DNA of 63,159 bases, the filler included, from Chrysochromulina tobinii (Eukaryota), in assembly GCA_001275005.1 (NCBI GenBank). It is 11 parts of 11 records of this genome, joined end to end, with 100 filler letters (N's around TTAATTAATTAA, not from the genome) between each part and the next. Parts side by side here need not be neighbours in the genome. Positions count along the whole stretch, not along the records: positions 19,771 to 27,712 come from JWZX01000060.1; positions 27,813 to 36,197 come from JWZX01000061.1; 9 more parts are not named here. The stretch is one strand, 5' to 3'. Shown here piece after piece: positions 24,504 through 33,900 of the stretch. How positions within the stretch are numbered: position 1 is the stretch's first letter; each line of letters begins with the position of its first letter. The position numbers were made by a program, and so were the translations under genes. The notes under the pieces are model-generated. The model saw only the letters and a program-made list of their open reading frames with translations. It was not told the DNA's origin and searched no databases.

Positions 24504-26831
24504 GTGCCGCGCTGGCTCGTTCGCTGCGCAGGGCGAGCCTGGTCGAGGAGCATGGAGAGAGCAGCTAAGAGGTGCGACGCGCGCTCTTCTCCCTGCTGCT
24601 CCCTCGCCCCGCACCACCCCATGGCTCGTGCGGGCCTCGTGCTCTGCCCTTGCCCCTCGTCTGACTGTCGTCGTCGTCGTGCTGTCGATCGTCATGACAG
24701 TGAGGGTCTCCTCATGCGTGAATTCCGGCCTTTGGAGGGGGTTGAGGTTGTGATACAGCCAACTAAGCAAACGCCGCCGGCGGCAGACCGCCAACGCGAT
24801 CCAGCGCCCAGAAGCCGGTCGCTCTTCAGGTGCATTCCGTGCGACTGCCACACGACGCTGGTCCATTCGCCACTTCTCGTCTTCGCGTGTTTGCTCAGCG
24901 CCGGCTACTTCGGCGTGTCGCTCGCGTTCGACCTTTTGCTTCTCGCATTCGGTGATCTTCGCAAAGATAACTTTTTCCTCGTGCACTGCTCGGACATCTT
25001 CAATGCCCAACGCCAAACGTGTGTTGTCGAAAAGGAAGTCGCCCAAGCCGAATCAGCAGCCAACTCTATCCACCTCACCGCCCTCATCCTCGCTCTTCTG
25101 ATCAACAATAAGTGGCTCAAGTGCCAGCTCACGACGCTTCCAAAGACGTCACTTTGCGCCGAGGTCGCCGTGTGCCTCCTCACTGGAATCATGGGATTTG
25201 CCGCTTTCATCGCGTCGACGGTAGAGGTCTCGGCATGCTTCTCGTGCGAGCTACATGTCAACCCCCTCCCAGTGATGCGCTTCGACTCCTTCGACTCCTT
25301 CATCACGAGCCTCTTCGGCGTCATCACAAGCCTCATTTGGAACCTCATCTTCGGCTTCTTTATCAAAGGTGTGAGCCCCCTCTCAGTGCTGCGCTTCGAG
25401 TCATTTCTGGGCGTCATCACGAGCCTCTTCCTCTTGATTTCGGTTGCCTGGATGGCGCTCGGGCGCGTGCCATGGATTGCAAGCACAAAGCTCTTTCGCG
25501 GGCACGCCGACCTCACGGATGAGAGAGCGTCGACGATTCGCCACCTACTCACGTCGCGCGTCTACATCGGCCTGCTCGTCGGCCTGCTGGTCAACATTGC
25601 TGTCGTCATCTACTTCGGGTCTTGGCTGCATGGTTGGCTGGCGAGCCTGGAAGATGGATGGAGATCTTGGCTGCCTGATCGGCTGGCGAGCATTTTGTTC
25701 AGCCTAATCGGCGCGGGGGTGAATCTCATCAACGAACAGGTTAACGAACAGGTGGGCGTGGCGATAACCTCTTTGTCCAGCCAATTAAACAACACGGAAT
25801 TGGAATGGGTGGTAGATGGCATTTTATCGCCATTGTTCAGCCTATTCTTAAGCCTATTCGGCGGCGAGCTCGAGGACGGCGCGGCGTCGGCGCGCGAAAG
25901 GGTGGACTCAAGTTTAATTCTGCTCGAGGCGGAGTTCGGTGGGACGATAGACTCATTTCTGGAACTGCCAAAGACAGCCATTCTCTTTCTGCTCATCCTG
26001 CTGTACGTGCAGCTCGCCGTATGCGTGCTCGCCTCCGCCTTCAACGGCTGGAAGCACCTGCAGCGATGGCGCACCGTCTCGAAGGTGGCGCGCGCACAGG
26101 TGACGCCCGCTCCGGCGGAGGGCATCAGCCCCGCCCAGCCCGACGGGCTCGATGCTGAGCACTCGCGCCTCTTAGACGTCGGCTCGAAGAGCCTCATCTC
26201 GGCCTCGAGGCTTCCAGCACTCATGTGCTCATCGCTCGCGTGCGGATCTGTCATCATCGCCCTAGTGGTGAGCACCATTGTCACCGCTCTGTACACGTGG
26301 TCGACACACGGGCTCGTTCGTCGCCTCCTCGCGCCAATTGTCAAAGTCATCGGCGGCTTCCTGGCCTTCCTTATCGCGTGCATACTCTCACGCATGGTCC
26401 TCGCCCGTTGCCTGTTCGATCCGAAGCAACTCAAAGGCGGCGGCGAGGTGTGGCCCATGCGGCGGCCCATTTGCTTTGCGTGGTACGAGGCCGTTTTTCA
26501 GGTCGTCGCGATCGCCGAAGGCCTCTGGATTGGCGCCAGCCGGTTGTTGATCGCCTTTGCCCAAGCCGTCGCCTCGCTGCTGCGCACGGACCGCCCGTCG
26601 TATTCCGAGGGGCGTATCGTGAACGACGTGGTGTTCCGCTCGTATGCAGCTGTGCTCTGCCTAGAGCGCGACGCCGAGGCGAGCCGTCGGCAGGCCGGCG
26701 CGACGCATTTTGAGAGCGGCGTACTTGCTGTCGAGTCGGACGTGAGTCTGAAACATTCGGCGCTGTGGTGCCTGGGGTGGCTTGCGGCTTTGATCGCGCC
26801 GTTCTTAATATTCTTGTTGATGGTGTCGTGA
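24504..26831 (+). CDS. multi-pass membrane protein with STRA6/RBP-receptor-like C-terminus (start uncertain)
   Basis: About 10 hydrophobic segments. The C-terminal RRPICFAWYE..GLWIGASRLL..LLRTDRP..NDVVFRSYAAVLCLE resembles the STRA6 family signature. Confidence 0.55.
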   Translation: MPRWLVRCAGRAWSRSMERAAKRCDARSSPCCSLAPHHPMARAGLVLCPCPSSDCRRRRAVDRHDSEGLLMREFRPLEGVEVVIQPTKQTPPAADRQRDPAPRSRSLFRCIPCDCHTTLVHSPLLVFACLLSAGYFGVSLAFDLLLLAFGDLRKDNFFLVHCSDIFNAQRQTCVVEKEVAQAESAANSIHLTALILALLINNKWLKCQLTTLPKTSLCAEVAVCLLTGIMGFAAFIASTVEVSACFSCELHVNPLPVMRFDSFDSFITSLFGVITSLIWNLIFGFFIKGVSPLSVLRFESFLGVITSLFLLISVAWMALGRVPWIASTKLFRGHADLTDERASTIRHLLTSRVYIGLLVGLLVNIAVVIYFGSWLHGWLASLEDGWRSWLPDRLASILFSLIGAGVNLINEQVNEQVGVAITSLSSQLNNTELEWVVDGILSPLFSLFLSLFGGELEDGAASARERVDSSLILLEAEFGGTIDSFLELPKTAILFLLILLYVQLAVCVLASAFNGWKHLQRWRTVSKVARAQVTPAPAEGISPAQPDGLDAEHSRLLDVGSKSLISASRLPALMCSSLACGSVIIALVVSTIVTALYTWSTHGLVRRLLAPIVKVIGGFLAFLIACILSRMVLARCLFDPKQLKGGGEVWPMRRPICFAWYEAVFQVVAIAEGLWIGASRLLIAFAQAVASLLRTDRPSYSEGRIVNDVVFRSYAAVLCLERDAEASRRQAGATHFESGVLAVESDVSLKHSALWCLGWLAALIAPFLIFLLMVS

Positions 26832-27826
26832 ACGACGTGGTGTTCCGCTCGTATGCGGCCGTGCTCTGCCTGGAGCGCGACGCCGTGGCGAGCCGTCGGG
26901 GCGCGACGCATTTGAGCGGCGTGCTTGCTGTCGAGTCGGACGTGAGCGGTTTGATCGTGGGGCTGGTGGGGGTTGACTCTCTGACTGATGAGCGCGGCGG
27001 CGAGGTGCGTAGCGGTGGTCTCTAACGCTCAGGTAACGCCGAGGCGCTCCATCAGTCGTCTTCAGGGTCAAGCAACAGAAGGGTGATGGGGCGCTCGCTC
27101 CGGCACTGAGTGGCGCTCGCGCAGCCGAGCGGGCAGGCTTCTGCGTGCGCAGGTGTGGTTGTGGTCAGGGTGAATGAGACGTGCATCGGGCTCGCAGAGC
27201 GTGCGCACCGATACGGCGCCGCTTTGCACGTCTGCGGTCAGGGCCATATTCATACAGTGTGCGGGACGAGTCATTCCCGGGAAAATGGAATCTACGGAAT
27301 TAGTTGGGGTGGTAGATCCTGATCGTGCGTCCCGTCCGCCCACGTCGCCGCTCGCGACGCGACCAACCGATTGGTCGAAGATGGCGTCTAGTCTTCTACA
27401 CGCTGAGCGTCTTCGGTCTTGGTATGGTGTTTGTTGTGGCGTTGTGACTCAGACGAGATACACGCCCCTGGAGTGTGAGTACTCAGCACCCTCCCTCACC
27501 GGGGGGGGAAGAAGCAAAGAACGTAGGGGAAACGTGGCATTGGGAGGATGTCGTGGTTCGTAACACGAATACAACCTATATACATTCAAACGCTGTGTCA
27601 GGGAGGGTCCTCCCACATTCGCCCTGCTGGTCACAGCGCTGAACAGCGCCCCAGTTATCTTTTACCCGACCGACACGTTTGCGGAACTCGAACCCCGGTT
27701 CTTTTCCGGACGNNNNNNNNNNNNNNNNNNNNNNNNNNNNNNNNNNNNNNNNNNNNTTAATTAATTAANNNNNNNNNNNNNNNNNNNNNNNNNNNNNNNN
27801 NNNNNNNNNNNNCCCCTCCCCCCCAG

Positions 27827-28186
27827 GTGGTGCAGCGAGCGTTGGGTGAGACGGACTCACTGCGAGCGCGCTTTGCGGCGGCGATGATCGGCGGTGTGAT
27901 GACTTCGCTGGCGGGCACGCCTTTTGACGTCGCCAAGACACGTATGATGAACGAGCACATTACCGCTCATCACGACCTCATCATGGCGCGTCCTGCCCTC
28001 ACGCCCGTCACGGCGCCCACGTACCCAAACATGCTTCGTTGTATGTTGAGCATCGTGCGCATCGAGGGACCGTTGGCGCTGTGGAAGGGGCTGCTGCCGG
28101 TGTACGTGCGCAACGCGCCCTTCACCATGGCGAGCTACCTTCTCATGGAAAGCCTCACGCTCACCTTCCTTGGGGTAGGAGTGTAA
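27827..28186 (+). CDS. mitochondrial carrier (SLC25) protein, last exon
   Basis: PFDVAKTRMM, EGPLALWKGLLPVYVRNAP, and a pyrimidine-rich CCCAG acceptor upstream. Confidence 0.92.
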   Translation: MVQRALGETDSLRARFAAAMIGGVMTSLAGTPFDVAKTRMMNEHITAHHDLIMARPALTPVTAPTYPNMLRCMLSIVRIEGPLALWKGLLPVYVRNAPFTMASYLLMESLTLTFLGVGV

Positions 28187-28262
28187 AAGTTTATCTTTGA
28201 TGCTTGGTTCACACGACTCTCTTCCAGCAAAAACCCGGAACACGTCGACGCGGCGTCGGTCG

Positions 28263-29006
28263 ATGTACCGTGGCCATTTCCTGTCCAAGCCAGCCGCCGC
28301 GCTCGCGACGCGTGTCACGGCGCATCATGCGCCGCTGCGCACGCGTGTCACCGCGGCGTCATCGTCGCTGACCGCCGTGCGCCGCGCGACGCGTGCGCTC
28401 TCGTCCACCGCGCAGCCGCCGCCGCCGGACGATGCGAAGGCAAAGGATGGAGCAGGCGCAGCGAGCGAGGGTGCCGCCGCGGAGCCTGGGGCGGAGGGCG
28501 CGGCAGCGGCGGACTACACCAAAGAGCTCGAAGCGCGCATCGCCGAGCTCCAGCAGCAGCTCGAGGGTAAGCACGACCAGGTGCTGCGCTCTCTCGCGGA
28601 GGCGGAGAATGCGCGGCGGCGCGCCAAAATCGACGTGGAGGAGGCGCACAAGTTCGCGGTGGGCAGGTTCGCCAAGGAGCTCATCGGGGTGGCCGACACC
28701 CTCAAGCTCGCGCAGGACGCTGTGCCCGCCGAGCTGCGCGCCAGCGACGAGCATCCGCAGCTGAAGGCGCTCTACGAGGGCGTCGTGATGACGGAGACTG
28801 TGCTGCAGACTGCCTTCTCAAAGCACGGGCTGAAGAAGATCTGGCCGATGGACGAGAAGTTCGACCCCAAATTCCACGACGCCCTCTTTGAGATGCCCAG
28901 TCCCGACAAGGCGCCCGGCACCGTCGCCCACGTGGCGAGTGCCGGCTACGTGCTTCACGAGCGCTGCATCCGGCCAGCGGCCGTAGGCATCGTCTCGAAA
29001 CCCTAA
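28263..29006 (+). CDS. grpE: mitochondrial GrpE nucleotide-exchange factor
   Basis: Arg/Ala/Ser-rich presequence, LRSLAEAENARRR, KFDPKFHDALF and GYVLHERCIRPAAVGI. Confidence 0.96.
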   Translation: MYRGHFLSKPAAALATRVTAHHAPLRTRVTAASSSLTAVRRATRALSSTAQPPPPDDAKAKDGAGAASEGAAAEPGAEGAAAADYTKELEARIAELQQQLEGKHDQVLRSLAEAENARRRAKIDVEEAHKFAVGRFAKELIGVADTLKLAQDAVPAELRASDEHPQLKALYEGVVMTETVLQTAFSKHGLKKIWPMDEKFDPKFHDALFEMPSPDKAPGTVAHVASAGYVLHERCIRPAAVGIVSKP

Positions 29007-29821
29007 GCGACGAACCCCGGAGCGACGAACCCCGGAGCTCCGCCTCGCGGCGGTAGTCCACCCAGCGCCACGGGCCGTTGGAGCGCTGCGGTGTGGCCGG
29101 TCACATGGACCCTTTCCAGCGTCGTGCCGGGCGGCGTGTTACGGTCTCGGAGTGACCCGGTCTGACACTGACCGGCTCGTGTGTTTCTTAAAACAGTATA
29201 CTAGCCCCGCGGGCCGTGTTCCGCGCGTGAACGTGTGCCGCAGCGCCGCCCAGGCGGGTCGTAGGGGACTAGGGGTGCAACGCCAACGGCTATAATGTGG
29301 CATGGCCTCTATGCTCAATACTGCTGCACCGAGCACTATAATTATGCTTCAACGCAAGTTGCTCCAGCGGCTCGCGCGGGGCGGGCGCGGGGCTCGGGCG
29401 GCCGCGCCCGGTGGGTCGCGCGATGATGGAGCGGCGTGGCGCGCGTGCAGTGGGGAGTGGCCGGACCGGCACACCACAGCCGGTGTGGGGTCAGTGCGGA
29501 GTGCGCCTCTGGCCCGCACTCCAATGTGATCATCGCGATGAGCCAAAACGATCGAAGTTGCAATAAGGGGAACACCAGACACGCAGGTCTCACAGCCTCA
29601 CATGATCACACACACGGGCACCAAGTCGCCCGCGGACCGGCGCGACAGCACATGAGAGCGGAGGTCATCACATGTGCTCACCCCAGCGCCCCTGCTCTTG
29701 TGCGCGGTGGCGATACGCGGCCCACGCCGCACTCGCCAGCCGCTCCCCCACGCCCCCCGCCGCCACCACCGCGCCTGGCGAGGACATCGTAGTCTCTACC
29801 CCCCAAATATGGGCACGTGAC

Positions 29822-30574
29822 TTACTTGCCCATCGACTTCTTGTAGGTCAGCTCGGGGATGGCGGCGGTGATGCCGGCAAAGGCCATGCCGAGCGACACG
29901 AGCACGAAGGAGCCCACACGGGCGGGCCCCTTCTCCACGTCGTCGAGCGCCGCATCGAGCACGGGCTGGGGCGGGATCGGGATGGGCCACACCGGGTTGC
30001 CCGTGAGTGACTCGTGGATCCCCATGCCCGTGATGCCCATCATCGCGGCGCGGCCGTTGTTGCGCTCGGCGTTGAGCTTGAACTCCTTGCCGGCGAAGCC
30101 GGGCACGTCGGGGTAGCGAGCCCAGAAGAAAGGGATCACGTCGCCGGGAGCCTTATCGGGCCGCTGAGCCAAGACCGAGTTGTCGAACAGCGCGACGATG
30201 AGCACAATCTGCGCCCACGCGAGGTTGGGGAGCGCCGCCCACGAGGCAATGGTGCCGCCCGGCATGTCCGAGAACTTGATGTCCTCGGCGAACGACAGGT
30301 AGCCCGGCCAGCGGACGCCGCCGGTGGTCAGAATCACGTGCAGCGTCGCCGCCATGGCGATGCGGCCGTGCTTGATCTCCATCTCCTGCCACCGGCGGTA
30401 CTTGTCGGGCATCTTGGTCATCAGGCCGAGCGGGTCGTACACGCCGAGCGGGCGCGTCGTGCCAACGTCACCCGGCGTGATCGCCGACATGGCGACCGAC
30501 GGCGCGACGCGGCTGGCAGCGAGAGCGGGGGCGTTGAACGCCATCGGAGCCATCATCATCATCGAGGCAGCCAT
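29822..30574 (-). CDS. light-harvesting chlorophyll a/c (fucoxanthin-type) protein with C-terminal extension
   Basis: AFNAP targeting motif, YDPLGL, EIKHGRIAMAA and ERNNGRAAMMG. Confidence 0.93.
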   Translation of the reverse strand: MAASMMMMAPMAFNAPALAASRVAPSVAMSAITPGDVGTTRPLGVYDPLGLMTKMPDKYRRWQEMEIKHGRIAMAATLHVILTTGGVRWPGYLSFAEDIKFSDMPGGTIASWAALPNLAWAQIVLIVALFDNSVLAQRPDKAPGDVIPFFWARYPDVPGFAGKEFKLNAERNNGRAAMMGITGMGIHESLTGNPVWPIPIPPQPVLDAALDDVEKGPARVGSFVLVSLGMAFAGITAAIPELTYKKSMGK

Positions 30575-30984
30575 TTGTGACCTGCGGAGCACGCACAAGG
30601 CTCGGAGGGTGAGCGACGTGGGCGCAGGCTGCCCGATCCACCAGGCAGCCGCGCGGCCAGAGGCAGCAGCCGCATGCGCATCGCAGAGATTCTCGATGGC
30701 CGAGCCGTCCGGAGCCCGCACTCCTCGAGCCGACAGCGCTGCCGCCGCTGTGCGGCAGTGCGAGTCGCCAGGAGCCGCGCCGTACGCAGCCGCGGCTGGC
30801 GTCAGACGCGAGGCGCGTGGCGTCCACAGGCACGCGCGACGGCGCGGGCCGAGGCGAAGGTGGGCAGCGATCGCACAGAGAGAATAGCTCTATCTGCGTT
30901 GGATCTGCGCAAATTGTTGCGAACGAACTTTTCGACTTCACAGACCATCGAAACCGGGCGCAAAGGGTCGGCTCAACCTGCCCC

Positions 30985-33900
30985 CTAAGAATCGAATTCG
31001 CGGCCACGCTCGTTCAGCAGGCCTATCACCTCCCTTTCCACCATCCTCTCGCCAAATGTCTCTCGCTTGCGCTTCGGGTCGAAGACGCGGCGCAGAACCC
31101 CTTCCGCAAACTGGCGAGGCTGGTGCGCGGTGATGCGGCGCGCGGCCAGGCCGCGCGCCATCGCCATCCGCGGCGGCGGCGGCACCTCGGTCGAAATCCC
31201 TCGCTGCAGGTAGCGGGGGCTCGGCCTCCGCCCGGGCTCCGTGGAGAGCGCGCCGTCGTGGGCGCCGGCGCCGTCGTGGGCGACCGGCTGAAGGACGCGG
31301 TCCGTGCGCGTCGTGTCGAGCGGCTCGGCGCCGGGCGGCGCAGGTGCCCACGACGGCGCAGGTTTCGGCAGCTCGCCGCGCGCGAGCGCGGCGCGCTGTC
31401 GGAGATCATCAATCTCCGCCGCCGAGAATGCGTGCCCATTCCGCACCTGCGCGCAAGAACAGCGCAATCATGCGGTCATCAGAGAGGCAATCCGAGGCAC
31501 TCCGAGGCAGTCCGAGGCAGCTCCGCATGGTACGCAGACCTTTTCGGCGGTCTCGGCGGGGACGGAGTCGATGAGCCTCAGGTAGCCCTCGAGGAGATCT
31601 GTAGGGAGATATGGGGAGATATGGGGAGATATGGGGAGATCAAGGGAGATCAGATGGGATCAAGGGAGATCGCACCTGGGCGCACGAGGAGCTCGAAGGG
31701 GTCCTTGCCTGCCTGCTTGAGGGCTGTAACCGCTCCTTTGACCTCTATTTGACCTCGAGGTCCAGATTGGCCTTCCACTGCGCGATCTGGCGCTTGCACT
31801 GGGCCTGCCGGGTCCACACTTTGAGCATCTTGCCGTGCTCGAGCTTTGCGATCTCGTCCACATTCTGGTAGGGAGAACAAAGGAGATCAAGGGAGATGCT
31901 CGAGCTTTGCGATCTCATCCACATTCTGGTAGAGCGCCTCGTCCTTGATCGTCAGGCTCATCAAGGGCAGTCAAGGGCCATCAAGGGAGATCGCACCTGG
32001 CAGAGCGCCTCCACCTTAATCTCCACCTTCTGATTGCGCCGCTTGACATAGAAGCGATCGCGTAGCTTTTGGTTCCAGTAGCCCGGGATGGCATGGTCGA
32101 GGTGGGCGACGGCCAGCAGCGCGCGCTCGCCGTACGGTCGCCAGAGGGACTCGGACTCATCGAGTGCCTTGAACTGCTCGACACTGAGCACCTGCCAAAT
32201 ATGGAGATATGGCATCAGGCCGCATTTGGGTTGGGGCGACGCGCGCCGTGGTGAGCGCGCGCACCTTGCCGTCGCAGACTGCCTCGAAGGCCGCCATGCC
32301 GCGCAGCAGCAGCAGGTTGACTTCACTCAGCGCGTGCCCATGTGCGAGTACCTATGGCATACGGGCGTGGGCATCAGAGAGGCCCTCAGAGGGCTCATCA
32401 GAGAGGCCATCAGTGCTGATGATGGAGGCCATCAGCGCTCATCAGAGAGGCACTCAGAGCTGATGATGGAGGCCATCAGCGCTCATCAGAGAGGCACTCA
32501 GAGCTGATGATGGAGGCCATCAGCGCTCATCAGAGAGGCCATTAGAGCTGATGATGGACGCCATCAGCGCTCATCAGCGGGCACCTTCTCGACCTCGACC
32601 TCGAGCACACACTGGAGAGCGCAGAAAAGGAGCTGGATCCGCTCGTCCTCATCGGCCATCGAGCCGAGCATCTGGCGCACGAGATCGGCGGCCTCGCGGT
32701 TCGTTAATTGGTCCGCGGCCGCTCCGAGATCGAATCTGGGCGAGCTCGGGCGAGATCGCTCCTCGTCGTGAGCTCGCGCCTCGCCCGCGTCGTCCTCGGC
32801 GCTCGGGACGGCGCGCGACCAGCGCACGCGCGAGGAGGCGCTCGGGACGGCGCCCGCACGGAGCGCGTCTGCCGGCGCCGTGTCGAGCGCCACCCGCATC
32901 CCGAGCCGCTCGCTCCCCGGTGGGCGCCGTGTTGAGCGCCGCGTCCTCTCGGGCTTGAGGCGGGAGGCGCCCGTGAGGAAGGTGACACGTGGCGCGGGTG
33001 CGACGCCCTCCTGCCATCAAGGCTCATCAAGGCTCATCAAGGTCAATCAAGGCTCATCAAGGCTCATCAAGGCTCATCAAGGCTCATCAAGGCTCATCAA
33101 GGCTCATCAAGGCTCATCAAGGCTCATCAAGGGCAATCAAGGGCCATCAAGGTGACACGTGGCGCGGGTGCGACGCCCTCCTGCCGCGCCCCAAGCTCTT
33201 GATTGTCAGGCTCATCAAGGTCAATCAAGGGCAATCAAGGGCTCATCAAGGGCAATCAAGGGAGATCGCACCTGCCGCGCCCCAAGCTCCTCACGCAATG
33301 CGAGCGCCCATTGCCTGCGGCGTTGCTCGGCCTCGGACTCGGCGAGGCGACGGACCCAATGAGGGAGTTGGGGTCGGTCGTCGGACACCACGTGCGCAGG
33401 GCGCACCTGGGCGGAAGGGGGGGGGCGTGGGCGCCGTGGTGAGCACTTGCATGCGCGGGGGGGACTGCGGGCGCGGGGCGCCGTGGTGAGCACCTCGATC
33501 GCGTTCGGCGCGGCGTGGTAGTACAGCGACACTTGGGAAGGCACCTGTGGGGAAGGGAAAGGGGGGGGATGGGTCGCGCTCTGGTGAGCACTTGCATGCA
33601 AGGCGACGTCGAGGGGCACTTGTCAAGCGCCGTCGTGGGCACTATTCAGCGCGCCGTCGAGGGCACTCTCTGTAGCGCGCCGTCGTGGGCGCACCTCGGA
33701 AGGCACCAGCCCGTCCTTGAGCTTCTGCAGCCACACCGGCGTCTCCTCCCCCGCCGCCCCTCCGCCCCACCAGTCGGCCGAGCGCGTCAACGGCTGCTCG
33801 GCACGGCGCGCCCCGCCCATGGGCGTCGTCGTGGGCGTCATCGGGCTGCACAGCCCACTCGCAGCGAGCGCGCTCGGGTGTGGAAAGAGCGACTCGCGCA

